Assembly (NCBI GenBank): GCA_038087875.1 | Contig: JAXLNO010005625.1 | Span: forward strand, 744,001-806,988 | Direction: 5' to 3' | Length of the DNA stretch: 62,988 bases | Source of the DNA: Malacoraja senta | Lineage: Eukaryota | Part shown: in pieces, positions 22,623 to 35,723 of the stretch | Position numbering within the stretch: the stretch's first letter is position 1 | How the letters are laid out: the number at the start of each line of letters is the position of its first letter | Program-made: the position numbers and the translations under genes | The notes under the pieces: generated by a model | The model's input: the letters and a program-made list of their open reading frames with translations, nothing else | The model's database searches: none | What the model was told of the DNA's origin: nothing

Positions 22623-25512
22623 CACCACACCGCCCTCCAGCCCCGCCGACCCCTACTCCATTGCCCGAGGACTCTGACCATCGGGTCCTCCGACCCTCGC
22701 CACTGCTATGCCCGCCGATCCCGACTCTACGGCCCGCGGACTCCCACTATCGGGTCCGCCGGCCCACGCCACCACACCGCCCTCTAGCCCCGCCAACCCC
22801 TACTCCACTGCCCGAGGACTCCTACCGTCGGGTCCGCCGACCCTCGCCACTGCACCTCCCTCCGGCAGCCCGCAGCCGTCGCCTCACCTGCAGACTGGAC
22901 TCTGTACTGGGCCTGAAGCCTCCACGCTGCTCACTCCCACTCTCCTGGGTTTGACTCTACTGGGTCCTAGCACTAGTCTGCCTAGACCGGATTATCTCAG
23001 TGTTAGTTCCACTGATTCTTCCCCATCCCTCTCCAACTATGGGACCCCTTCTCTTCCCCACCCACACTACAGCCCTCTGACCCCCCACCCCCTGACCACC
23101 CACCACCCCCCCACCACACATCACCCCAACCCCCATCCCTGCTGGGTGTTCACCATCCCCCCCCGACCTCCCCCTCTCCGACATCGAACGGTCTGTCCTC
23201 AGCAGAGGTCTTACCTTTGTCCCCCTCCGTCCCCACCTCAATGAGTTCCGCGCCCTCCATGACTTGGAACGCTTCTACCGTCACCTCCGCCTCACAGCTC
23301 ACTTCCATGGGAAGGAGTCCTCGCCCCCCCACTGATGACCCCTTTTCCCGTCTCCGACGCACCCCCTCCTCGTGGAACCCCCCTCGTAGCCTTCCGGCTT
23401 TAGAACTCTTCATCAAAAACTGCCGCCGTGACATCAACCGCCTCAACTTCTCCACTCCCCTCTCTCACTCCAATCTCTCGCCCCCTGAGCGCACTGCCAT
23501 CGACTCACTCCGCAACAACCTAGATTGGGTTATCAAACCCGCCGACAAGGGAGGTGCCGTGGTAGTCTGACGCGTCGATCTCTACAAAGCTGAGGCCACG
23601 CGCCAACTCTCGGACACCTCCTCCTACTTACCCCTGGACCATGACCCCACTGACGAGCACCATCACCCACTTCATCCACTCCCACGCCCTGCCCGACCGA
23701 GCCTCCAACCTCATCGTTCCCCAGCCCCGCACGGCCCGATTTTACCTTCTCCCCAAAATCCACAAACCTGACTGTCCCGGTAGACCCATTGTCTCTGCCT
23801 GTTCGTGCCCCACCGAACTCATCTCCACCTACCTCGACTCCATCCTATCCCACTTGGTTAAATCCCTCCCTACCTATGTTCAAGACACCTCAGACACTCT
23901 CTGTCGTCTCCGCGCATTCCACTCTCTAGGCCCTCACCCCCACCATGGACGTCCAGTCATTGTACACCTCCATCCCCCCACCAGGATGGTCTCGAAGCCC
24001 TCCAGTTTTTCCTCGACCGAAGAATCAACCTATACCCGGCCACTGACACCCTCGTCCGCCTAGCGGAGCTGGTCCTTACCCTCAATAACTTCTCATTTGA
24101 CTCCTCCCATTTCCTCCAAATACAAGGCGTAGCTATGGGCACACGCATGGGCCCCAGCTATGCCTGCCTCTTTGTCGGGTACGTAGAACAATCCTTGTTC
24201 AATACATACCAAGGCCCCATCCCCGACCTCTACCTCCGCTACATCGATGACTGTTTTGGTGCCACCTCCTGCACCCACACACAACTGACTGACTTCATCC
24301 GCTTCACCACGAACTTCCATCCGGCACTCAAATACACCTGGACCATTTCCGACACTTCCCTACCATTCCTTGACCTCACTATCTCCATCGCAGGTGATAG
24401 ACTTCATACCGACATCCACTACAAACCTACCGACTCCCATGGCTATCTGAACTACACTTCTTCCCACCCTGCTTCCTGTAAGGACTCCATCCCCCACTCC
24501 CAATTCCTCCGTCTACGCCGCATCTGCTCCCAGGATGAGGCGTTCCACACCAGGGCATCTGAAATGTACTCATTCTTCAGGGAACGGGGGTTCCCCTCCT
24601 CCACCATAAATGAGGCTCTCACCAGGGTCTCTGCCATACCCCGCAACACTGCTCTCTCTCCCCATCCCCCCACTCACAACAAGGGCAGAGTCCCCCTAGT
24701 CCTCACCTTTCATCCCACCAGCCGTCACATACAACAAGTGATCCTCCGTCAGTTTCGCCACCTCCAACGTGACCCCACCACTCGCCACATCTTCCCATCT
24801 CCCCCCATGTCTGCCTTCTGCAAAGACCGCTCCCTCCGTAACTCCCTTGTCAATTTTTCCCTTCCCTCCCATACCACCCCCTCCCCGGGTACTTTCCCTT
24901 GCAACCGCAAGACATGCAACACTTGTCCCTTCACCTCCCCCCTCGATTCCATTCAAGTGCCCAAGCAGTCGTTCCAGGTGCGACAGAGGTTCTCCTGCAT
25001 CTCCTCCAACCTCATCTATTGCATCCGCTGCTCTAGATGTCAGCTGATCTACATCGGTGAGACCAAGCGGAGGCTTGGCGATCGTTTCGCCAAACACATC
25101 CGGTCGATCCGCAATAACCTACCTGACCGGGGTACTGATTGGGGCTCAGCACTTCAATTCCCCCTCCCATTCCGTATCTGACCTCTCGGTCCTGGGTCTC
25201 CTCCATGGCCACAGCGAGCAACACCGGAAATTGGAGGAAATGCACCTCATATTCCGCTTGGGCAGTCTACATCCTTGGGGCATGAACATTGAATTCTCCC
25301 AACTCTGCTAGCCCTTGCTGTCCCCTCCCCTTCATCAGCCCTCTGGTTGTCTCCTCCCATCCCCCAGCCCTCGGGCTCCTCCTCCGCCTTTTTTCCTTTT
25401 CTCCCCACTCCCTATCAGTCTGAAGAAGGGTTTCGGCCCGAAACGTTGCCTATTTCCTTCGCTCCATGGATGCTGCTGCACCCGCTGAGTTTCTCCAGCA
25501 TTTTTGTGTACC
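22623..25512 (+). mobile_element. Penelope-like element, near full-length but degraded (RT plus GIY-YIG)
   Basis: KPADKGGAVVV, FYLLPKIHK..PGRPIVS, MGTRMGPSYA, RYIDD, YKPTD, YIGETKRRL; GC-rich ~147-bp tandem at the 5' end; terminal module with a hammerhead-like core. Confidence 0.92.
25420..25447 (+). ncRNA. Candidate minimal type-I hammerhead ribozyme core in the PLE terminus
   Basis: CUGAAGA-A-GGGU(UUCG)GCCC-GAAA-C-GUU; stem I is only ~2 bp, so activity is unproven. Confidence 0.45.
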
Positions 25513-25523
25513 CAGGAAAAAGT

Positions 25524-25812
25524 TGACAAAAATGCTGGAGTAACTCAGCGGGTGAGGCAGCATCTATGGAGAGAAGGAATAGGTGATGTTTCAGGTCGAG
25601 ACCCTTCCTCAGACTGAAGTTGGGGTGGGGGCGTGATAAAGGAAGGAAGAGACAGAAACAATAGGCTGTGGGAGAGCTGGGAAGGGGAAGGAGGGAGAAA
25701 CCACTGAAATTGGAGAATGGGAACATGAGGCCAGTGGTGGGATCCCGTTGGAGGTGGCGAAAATGTCGGAGGGTTATCTGTTGTATGTGACGGCTGGTAA
25801 GGTGGAAGGTGA
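25524..25812 (-). mobile_element. Penelope-like 3' fragment with internal deletions
   Basis: Terminal module plus LTFHLTSRHIQQITLRHFRHLQRDPTT. Confidence 0.75.
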
Positions 25813-25817
25813 GGACA

Positions 25818-26490
25818 ATAGACAATAGGTGCAGGAGTAGGCCATTTGTCCCTTCGAGCCAGCACCGCCATTCAATGTGATCATGGCTGATCAGCCCCAA
25901 TCAGTACCCCGTTCCTGCCTTCTCCCCATATCCCCCGACTCCGCTATTTTTAAGAGCCCTATCCAGCTCCTTCTTGAAAGCATCCAGAGAACCTGCCTCC
26001 ACCGCCCTCTGAGGCAGAGAATTCCACAGACTCGCCACTCTCTGTGAGAAAAAGTGTTTCCTCGTCTCCGTTCTAAATGGCTTACTCCTTAATCTTAAAC
26101 TGTGTGCGGCCCCTGGTTCTGGGCTCCCCCAACATTGGGAACATGTTTCCTGCCTCTAGTGTGTCCAAGCCCTTAACAATCTTATATGTTTCAATAAGAT
26201 ATCCTCTCATCCTTCTAAACTCCAGAGTGTACAAACCCAGCCGCTCCATTCTCTCAGCATATGACAGTCCCGCCATCCCGGGAATTAACCTGGTGAACCT
26301 ACGCTGGGCTCCCTCAATAGCAAGAATGTCCTTCCTCAAATTAGGGGACCAAAACTGCACACAATACTCCAGGTGTGGTCTCACCAGGGACCTGTACAAC
26401 TGCAGAAGGACCTCTTTGCTCCTATATTTGATTCCTCTTGTTATAAAGGCCAACATGCCATTCACTTTCTTCACTGCATGCTGTACCTGC
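25818..26490 (-). mobile_element. CR1 LINE 3' end
   Basis: [25 protein letters not shown] and CR1 3' UTR. Confidence 0.9.
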
Positions 26491-27112
26491 AATGGGGGAC
26501 ATGGGGGACTCTGACCTTGTTACGAGTAGGGGGATGGGGAGTAAGAGCAGAGGGATCTAGAGGAGACTATGATAAGAGTGCTGGGGAAACTCAGCAGGTC
26601 AGGCATCATCTGGCACCAAGGATGTGATATTTTGGGTAAGAACCCTTCTATTCCATCAGAAAATCACTTGTTCCTCCAGAGATGCTGCCTGACCCATTCA
26701 GTTACTCCAGCAATGTGTCTATCTTTGGTATAAACCTGCATCTACAGGTCTTGGTTTCTACATTTTACATCAGTCAGATTCAATTTCAGTTGTGATAAGG
26801 TTAGGGTATCATCACTTTAGTAAAGATACATCCTTTTATTCTGACACTGTGCCCTCTGGTGCGAGACTCTCCCGCTAGTAGAAATACCATTTTAGTTCAG
26901 AGATACAGCACAGAAACAGCACAGTTCACACTAGAAAAAAAAATTAAAACCCTGGACTCCTCAAATGACAACAATTGAAAGGAAAAGTCAGCAGAATTAA
27001 TCAAAGAATCAAACACAATTCAGTAGAGAGCGATAATGTTCTCACCTTCCTTATGCCCTGGAGATGTAGATCCACATCAGACACAAGGGGAGACTCCCTG
27101 TCTCTACCCTGA

Positions 27113-27532
27113 GCACTGCTCCCATCCACAGCCCAGGACCACTGCTCCCATCCACAGCCCAGGACCACTGCTCCCATCCACAGCCCAGGACCACTGCTCC
27201 CATCCACAGCCCAGGACCACTGCTCCCATCCACAGCCCAGGATCACTGCTCCCATCCACAGCCCAGGACCACTGCTCCCATCCACAGCCCAGGACCACTG
27301 CTCCCATCCACAGCCCAGGACCACTGCTCCCATCCACAGCCCAGGACCACTGCTCCCATCCACAGCCCAGGACCACTGCTCCCATCCACAGCCCAGGATC
27401 ACTGCTCCCATCCACAGCCCAGGACCACTGCTCCCATCCACAGCCCAGGACCACTGCTCCCATCCACAGTCCAGGACCACTGCTTCCATCCACAGCCCAG
27501 GACCACTGCTTCCATCCACAGTCCAGGACAAC
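27113..27532. repeat. 26-bp minisatellite (CCACTGCTCCCATCCACAGCCCAGGA), ~16 copies
   Basis: Direct periodicity; 26-aa period in the translated ORFs. Confidence 0.95.
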
Positions 27533-27769
27533 TGCACGCAGACACGCCCACAACTCCCCCTTTTATACACAGCAGCTGACAATTTCCTAATCAGCTTCAA
27601 TCAAGCCAATTATCACATTAACCCTTCGCCCACCAGTGGCCAATTAATGTTTGTGGGACACATGATGATATCCACCTGGGGCAGTAGTTGTCTGCGGGAC
27701 AATAATTGCCCTCCGACTTGTTGCTTTTTACACAAAGTGGCTGCTTGCATTTCCTTCTCAGAGACGACA

Positions 27770-28145
27770 CACAGAAACAGAATTAGGCCATTCGGCCCAT
27801 CGAGTCTACCCCACCATTCAATCATGGCTGATTTGTCTCTCCCTCCTAACCCCATTCTCCAGCCTTCTCCCCATAACCACTGATACCCACATTAATCAAC
27901 AATCTATCTATCTCTGCCTTAAATATATCCACTGGCTTGTGGCCTGCACCGCCGTCTGTGGCAAGAAATTCCTCCTCGTCTCCTTCCTAAAGGAACGTCC
28001 TTTAATTCTGAGGCTGTGCCCTCTGGTCCTAGACTCTCCCATTAGTGGAAACATCCTCTCCACATCCACTCTATCCGGGCCTTTCACTGTTTGGTGAAGT
28101 TTCAATGAAGTCCCCCCCCCCACCCAATCTTCTAAACTCCAGCGA
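27770..28145 (-). mobile_element. CR1 LINE 3' end fragment
   Basis: [22 protein letters not shown] plus 3' UTR. Confidence 0.82.
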
Positions 28146-29420
28146 GTGCGGCGGCGCGGGTTACTGCAGCGGGCCATACAGCCTGTCTGTCTTTTTTTTA
28201 TTTTTGTCTAGTTAAATGTAGTTGTTTGTGTTATTTTTGTACTGTTTTAATTGTGTATATGTGGGGTGTGGGGTGTGGGGTGTGGGGTGTGGGGTGTGGG
28301 GGGGGGGGAAACTTTAACAAAATCTCTTCCCTGCATGGGACACCCGACTTTTCCCTGTCGGGTCTCCGTTGTCGTTGGGGCCTAGCTCCGTGGAGCGGCC
28401 TCCGACCGGGATGACCTGGGGGCTCCAGTCGCGGAGCCTGTGGAGGTGCGGACTTACCATCGTGGGCTGGCCAGCCTCGGAGCATGAGGAGCGGTGGTGG
28501 CTCGTTGCTGCTCACTCCGGAGCTCCAGCTGCAGCTGCAGACCGGTGGACAGTGATATCGGGAGCTCGCGGGTCCGGGTGAGAGACCGCTTTCTGGAGCT
28601 CCCGCAACACAACTTCTCCAGCTCGAGTCGCGGGGTTGGAACGACCCGGAGCGGGGCCGTAAATCGCCCGGCGCGGCTTCAAAGGCCTGTTGCACGAGTC
28701 TGCGGTCATTGGCGCCGAAACAGGAACTATCTACCGCTCCTGGGCCACCAGAGACCGCGGGCTCGGTCAAACGCACAATTCCGGGGCCGTGCGGCGTTGT
28801 TCCCAACACCGCACGGTGCTAAAAAAAACCCAACACTGTTCAAAAATATGTTCCTTCCGCACAGCCCCCGCCAGTGATGCACGAGTGCGGCACAGCCGCC
28901 GCCAGTGTGGCACGAGCGCCGTGAGTAGAACCTTCACCGCCACAGCCTCCGCCAGTGAGGCACGTGTGCCGCACAGCCGCCACCGCGATCAGCACGGCCG
29001 CCGCCACAGCACCGCAGATCCGAAATGACGTAATCGCAGTCGGCCTGCCCTTTTTTTTTACTTACAGCAAGCTCGTGGGACCAGCCATACTTAAATCACT
29101 CGGCCCCCGCGCAGCATCCGTGCGGCGCTCCCGTGGCATAGGCTCGGCGCTCTCGCCGTTGCCGTGCGGTCCCCTCTACCGGCGACGCCGCGCTTTACCG
29201 CCGATGACCGCAACACCGTGAGACAAAGCCTTTAATGTTAAAGCCGCGGGACATTCCAGCGCCCGCCGGGGGCTCCAACTTTGGGCCCGGAGCGAGGCTG
29301 TACATCGCCCGGCGTGGCCTCAACGGCCGTGGGACTTAACATTGCCCGCCTGGGGCTTCAACATCGGGAAAAAAATGGTGCAGGGGAGAGAAATGACTTT
29401 ACCTTCCATTACAGTGAGTA
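28146..29420. repeat. GC/CpG-rich interspersed repeat(s), unclassified
   Basis: CpG-dense with no recognisable protein; architecture resembles 48667-49530. Confidence 0.4.
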
Positions 29421-30054
29421 GGAGATTCACTGATGGATGTTTTTCTGTAAATTGAATTGTTTGTGTGTCATGTAGGAATTGTTTTGTTTGTATGGCTGTG
29501 GAAACGGAGTTTCGTTTGAGCCTCTTTGAGGTTCAAATGACAAGAAATAAAATCTAATCTAATCATCGTACGTTAACCCACTCGTTCCTGGGATCGTTCT
29601 TGTAAACGCTAACTCTTTTGTCTTGCTGATGTTGAGGGATGGATTGTTATCCTGACAATAGGTGTAGGAGTGGACCATTCGGCCCTTCAGGACAGAAGGT
29701 TCTCAATGTCTTTCCCATATTCTATCTCATCTTTGCTGCTCATGTGGCTGAAATAATGTTCTGACCAGTGGACGGACGTCTCGATCCCATTGGCCTGAGA
29801 CCCGGCCACAAGTTGTGGGTGGCAAGGTCATGACCCCGAGGGACATTGGTGTCAAGGGTCACGGTGGGGGGAATGTTCTGACCAATTCTAACGTCTGAGA
29901 AGTGAATATTGATGATTTGTTAATTCATCATGGCTGAAGCAGGTGGGCTCACTTCTGACTATACTTTACTGTGGACATTTTAACAGGAAAAGTAAACTTT
30001 CTTTATTAACAATGAATATCCCAGAGAAAGGAGAATGTTACTCTTGGAAGTTCA

Positions 30055-31670
30055 TAGAGCCACAGCATGGAAACAGGCCCTTCCTTCGGCCCAACTTGCC
30101 CATCCCGACCAACATGCCCCAGCTACACTAGTCCCACCCCAACCAACATGCCCCATCTACACTAGTCCCACCCCGACCAACATGCCCCATCTACACTCGT
30201 CCCACCCCGACCAACATGCCCCATCTACACTAGTCCCACCCCGACCAACATGCCCCATCTACATTAGTCCCACCCCGACCAACATGCCCCATCTACACTA
30301 GTCCCACCCCGACCAACATGCCCCATCTACACTAGTCCCACCCCGACCAACATGCCCCATCTACACTAGTCCCACCCCGACCAACATGCCCCATCTACAC
30401 TAGTCCCACCCCGACCAACATGCCCCATCTACACTAGTCCCACCCCGACCAACATGCCCCATATACACTAGTCCCACCCCGACCAACATCCCCCATCTAC
30501 ACTCGTCCCACCCCGACCAACATGCCCCATCTACACTAGTCCCACCCCGACCAACATGTCCCATCTACACTAGTCCCACCCCGACCAACATGCCCCATCT
30601 ACTCTAGTCCCACCCCGACCCATATGCCCCATCTACACTAGTCCCACCCCGACCAACATGCCCCATCTACACGTCCCACCCCGACCAACATGCCCCATCT
30701 ACACAAGCTTCACCCGACCAACATGACCCATCTACACCAGTCCCACCCCGACCATCATGCCCCATCTACACTAGTCTCACCCCAACCATCATGCCCCATC
30801 TACAGTACCACCCCGACCAACATGCCACATCTACACTAGTCCCACCCCGACCAACATGCCCCATCTACACTAGTCCCACCCCGACCAACATGCCCCATCT
30901 ACACTAGTACCACCCCGACTAATATGCCCCATCTACACTAGTCCCACCCCGACCAACATGCCCCATCTACACGTCCCACCCCGACCAACATGCCCCATCT
31001 ACACAAGCCCCACCCGACCAACATGACCCATCTACACCAGTCCCTCCCCGACCAACATGCCCCATCTACACTAGTCCCACCCCGACCAACATGCCCCATC
31101 AACACTAGTCCCACCCCGACCAACATGCCCCATCTACACAAGCCCCACCCGACCAACATGACCCATCTACACCAGTCCCACCCCGACCAACATGCCCCAT
31201 CTACACTAGTCCCACCCCGACCAACATGCCCCATCTACACTATTCCCACCCCGACCAACATGCCCCATCTACACTAGTCCCACCCCGACCAACATGCCCC
31301 ATCTACACTAGTCCCACCCCGACCAACATGCCCCATCTACACTAGTCCCACCCTGACCAACATGCCCCATCTACACTAGTCCCACCCCGACCAACATGCC
31401 CCATCTACACTAGTCCCACCCCGACCAACATGCCCCATCTACACTAGTCCCACCCCGACCAACATGCCCCATCTACACTAGTCCCACCCCGACCAATATG
31501 CCCCATCTACACTAGTCCCACCTGCCCGCGTTTGGCCCATATCCCTCCAAACCTGTCCTATCCAAGTGTCTCTTAAACGTTGTGATAGTCCCTGCCTCAA
31601 CTACCTCCTCCGGCAGCTCATTCCATACACCCACCACCCTCTGTGTGGAAAAGTTGCCCCTCAGATTGAC
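30055..31670 (-). mobile_element. CR1 3' end containing an expanded 34-bp minisatellite
   Basis: CR1 3' UTR sequence continues on both sides of the array; unexpanded equivalent at ~35360-35450. Confidence 0.85.
30100..31522. repeat. 34-bp minisatellite (CCCACCCCGACCAACATGCCCCATCTACACTAGT), ~42 copies
   Basis: Direct periodicity with no unique spacers. Confidence 0.96.
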
Positions 31671-31742
31671 ATTATTAATGTGAACCATTTGTGCACAACT
31701 CTGCTGGTGTGAGTAATAAATGAAATGATAGATAGCAAAAAT

Positions 31743-32040
31743 ACACAGTGGTGCAGCGGTAGAGTTGCTGCCTCACAGCGCCAGAGACCCGGGTTCCATC
31801 CTGAATACGGGAGCTGCCTGTACGGAGTTTGCACGTTCTCCCCGTGACCTGCGTGGGTTTTCTACGGGTGCTCCGGTTTCATTCCGCATTCCAAAGACCT
31901 GCTGGTTTGTAGGTTAATTGGCTTCTGTAAAATTGTCCCTAATGTGTGTAGGATGGAGCAAGTGTACGGGGTGATCACTGGTCGGCGATGACTCGATGGG
32001 CCGAAGGGCCTGTTTCCGCGCAGTATCTCTAAAATCTAAA
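31743..32040 (+). mobile_element. tRNA-derived V-domain SINE
   Basis: A-box TGGTGCAGCGG, B-box-like GGTTCCATCC, central GGAGTTTGCACGTTCTCCCCGTG..CTCCGGTTTC, CR1-like tail. Confidence 0.88.
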
Positions 32041-33044
32041 CAATACCCGGTGACTTGGCCTCCACCGCCCTCTGTGGCAATGAATTCCACAGATTCACCA
32101 CCCTCTGGCTAAAGAAATTCCTCCTCATCTCCTTTCTAAAGGCCTGAGTGGGAAAGGCAGAGAGGGTGAGGGGCCGGACGTGGGCATGTGGGACTAGCTT
32201 CGATAGGCATGGCTGTGTGTTTCTGTGCTGTGGGACTGACGGGGTTCAACAGGGTAGTTTGATGCTTCAGCCTGCAGCAACCCAGGAGAACTGTGTTCCA
32301 GATGCTTCATTAGTTTGTTGTTCTGCACATCGATCGGGAGGCGATGAAATCGCCCGTTCACACGCAGCCGCCAGAGCAAACAGTGTACATACAGTGATGA
32401 CAAACGCAATAAATGCAATATCCAGGGCAGAACAGTGCAAGATTGTGTTGCAGAAAGCCCGAGGTAGCACGGACGAGAGGGGCCGAAGGGCCTGTCGCCG
32501 GGCAGGGCAACCACCGACGCTCTCCGTGTGGAGTTTGCTCGCTTCCCCCTCCGTGGTGGACCGGATGCGGGTCGGGGCAGGGGAGGCGAGCTCAGCCTTC
32601 CAAGCCTCAATCCAAGCTCAGCCTTCCTCCCGCGCATCCTAGCCCCGACGGGCCGAGTGCCGCCGCCTTCCTCCCCGGACAACAACCGAGGGGAAAAACA
32701 CAGACGAAACCTCTTCCAACCACCCGAATCCCCCAGGGAATGCCCCTGTCCTGTCTTTGATATCAAGCCGTCACAATTGTGCACAATCAGTTAGCATTAC
32801 CCTTTTTTTAATATATAGACAAAAGCTGATCAAGTTCAAGTTGGAATTTATTGTCACATGCACCAATTAAGGTACAGTGATATTTGAGTTACCATACAGC
32901 CATACTGAGTAAAAAGCAACAAGACACACAGCCACATAAAATAAAATCTAACATAAACATCCAGCACAGCGGTATCACATTGAATGGCGGTGCTGGCTGG
33001 AAGGGCCAAAGTTCTCACCACGGATGGCTGACCTGCTGAGTACT

Positions 33045-33330
33045 ACCGGCACTTTGGAGGGGAATGGACAGGCGACGTGTCGGGTCTGGACCCTTCTTTG
33101 GACTGATGGAGTCGGGGGAGAAAGCTGGAAAAAAGAGATGCGGTTGGGACAGATCCAGGACTAGATTAGGAGGGGGGAGTTTCCTTAATTTGGATAATTC
33201 AATGTTCATGTCATTGGGCTGTATGCTATGAGGTGCTGTTCCTCCAGTTTGCGTGTCACCTCACTCTGGCAATGGAGGAGGCCCAGGACAGAAACATCAG
33301 TGTGGGAGTAGGAAGGGGAGTTAAAATGGT
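33045..33330 (-). mobile_element. Penelope-like 3' fragment
   Basis: MNIELSKL end of ORF plus degraded terminal module. Confidence 0.65.
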
Positions 33331-34790
33331 TGGGAACCGGGAGATCCAGTTCTGACCTTCTCCATAATTATATTGAAACTAATGGTATTGTGATCACTGG
33401 ACCCGAAGTGCTCCCCAACACATACCTCCGTCAACTGACCTGTCTCATTTCCTAACAGGAGGTCCAGCACTGCCCCATCTCTAGTAGGTACCTCTATGTA
33501 TTGCTGCAAAAAACTATCCTGCACACATTTTACAAACTCCAAACCATCCAGCCCTTTTACAGAATATGTTTCCCAGTCTGTGACCCGTTAATCCCTACTC
33601 TGTGTTTCCTGTCTGCCAACCAATTTTCTATCCATGTCAGCACTCTACTCCCAATACCCTATGCCCTAAATTACTTACATGCTTACTTTCAGTCACTGAG
33701 GAACAAGGACCCCCAGATCCCGTTGTACCTCCACATTTCCCAACTTGACACCATTTAGATAATAATCTACCTCACATTTATCCACATTAAACTGCATCTG
33801 CCATGCATCTGCCCACTCCCCCAACCTGTCCAAGTCACCCTGCATTCTCCACAGTTCACACTGCCACGCAGCTTTGTGTCATCTGCAAATTTGCTAATGT
33901 TACTTTTAAATCTCTTCATTGATGTATATGGTAAATAGCTGCAGTCACAGTACCGAGCCTTGCGGCACCCCACTAGTCACTGCCTGCCATTTTGAAAGGG
34001 ACCCGTTAAACCTTACTCTGTGTTTCCTGTCTGCCAACCAATTTTCTATCCGTGTCAGCACTCTACCCCCAATACCCTGTGCCCTAAATTTGCCCACTAA
34101 ACTTCCATGTGGAACCTTATCAAATGCTTTCTGGAAGTCCAGGTACACTACATCCACTGGCTCTCCCTTGTCCATTTTCCTAGTTACATCCTCAAAAAAT
34201 TCCAGAAGATTAGTCAAGCATGATTTCCCCTTTGTAAATCCATGCTGACTCGGACCGATCCTGTTACTGCTATCCAAATATGCGGCTATTTCATCTTTTA
34301 TAATTGACTCCAGCATCTTCCCCACCACCAATGACAGGTTAAATGGTCTATAATTCCGTTTTCTCTCTCCCGCCTTTCTTAAAAAGTGGGGTAACATTAG
34401 CTACCCTCCAATCCACAGCAACTGATCCTGAATCTATGGAACATTGGAAAATGATCACCAATGCGTCCACAATTTCTAGAGCCACTTCCTTAAGTATTCT
34501 GGGATGCAGACCATCAGGCCCTGGGGATTTATCAGCCTACAGTCCCATCAGTCTATCCAACACCATTTTCTGCCTAATGTGGATTTCCTTCAGTTCCTCC
34601 GTCACCCCAGATCCTATGGCCACTAGTACATCAGGAAGATTGTTTGTGTCCTCCTTAGAGAAGACGGATCCAAAGTAAATGTTCAACCCATCTGCCATTT
34701 CCTTGTTCCCCATAATAAATTCACCCTTTTCAGTCTTCAAGAGTCCAACTTTGCTCTTAACTAATGTTTTCCTCTTCACATACGTAAAGA
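33330..34790 (-). mobile_element. CR1 LINE ORF2 fragment with internal deletions
   Basis: [53 protein letters not shown]. Confidence 0.9.
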
Positions 34791-35712
34791 AGGAACAGCA
34801 GATGCCGGTTTACAAAGAGAGACAAAATCTCCTGGAGTAACTTGCATGTCTGGAGACCATGGACAGGCAATATTCCAGGTCAGGACCCTTCTTCAGACTG
34901 CTTGGTGTGGGGGGTGGAGAAAGTTGGAAAGGAGAGGAGGGAGTGGTCGCCTTGGATTTCCTTCCCTCTACAGATGCAGCCTGAACTACTGAGTTCCTCC
35001 ACTGCTTTAGCGGGACAGGACAGACGACGTTTTGAGTCAGGACCCTTCTTCAGACTGAGTGGAGAGGGTGGGGGGAGGAAGCTGGAAAAGAGAGATGGGG
35101 GCTGGACAAAGCCTGGCGAGTGACAGGTGGACACAAAATGCTGGAGTAACTCAGCGGGGCAGGCAGCATCTCTAGAGAGAAGGAATGGGTGACGTTTCAG
35201 GTTGAGACCCTTCTTCAGAAGTGATAGGTGGATATAGGTGAGGGAGACACAAGATGCTGCAGATGCTGGAATCTTGCATAGAACACAATTTAGTTAGATG
35301 CACAGAATCTATTGCCCAGAGTGGGGGGATCGAGGACCAGAGGACATGGGCAAGCACAGGCAGGTGGGTCTAGTGTAGCTGGGACATGTTAGTCGGTGTG
35401 GGCAAGTTGGGCCGAAGGGCCTGTTTCCACACTGTATCACTCTATGACTAACAAAGAGTGCTGGAGTAACTCAGCGGGTCAGGCAGCATCTGTGGAGAAC
35501 ATGGATAGGTGACATTCACAGAGTGCTGGAGTAACTCAGCGGGTCAGGCAGCATCTCTGGAGAACATGGATAGGTGACATTTCAGAGTGCTGGAGTAACT
35601 CAGCGGGACAGGCAGCATCTCTGGAGACAAGGAATGGGTGAAGTTTCAGGTCGACACTGAAGATGTGTCTCGACCCTGAAACGTTACCCATTCCTTCCAG
35701 CATTTTGTCTAC
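34790..35712 (-). repeat. Cluster of non-autonomous PLE terminal modules, including a 3x ~65-bp tandem (35455-35640)
   Basis: Repeated TGCTGGAGTAACTCAGCGGG..AGGCAGCATC..GGTGACGTTTC units. Confidence 0.8.
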
Positions 35713-35723
35713 CTAAACAGCCC

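Noticed and set aside
27001-27600. ORFs of 149-199 aa on both strands
   Set aside because: They are translations of the 26-bp minisatellite.
30100-31522. CRISPR-like array (34-bp periodicity)
   Set aside because: Units are head-to-tail with no unique spacers, there are no cas genes, and the unit derives from a CR1 UTR.
31743-31815. tRNA gene (A and B boxes)
   Set aside because: It is a SINE head followed by a V-domain and LINE-like tail; several diverged copies exist and no convincing cloverleaf was seen.
32148-32794. Overlapping ORFs of 164-196 aa in a GC-rich patch
   Set aside because: No recognisable domain or convincing splice frame; part of it resembles a decayed LINE tail.
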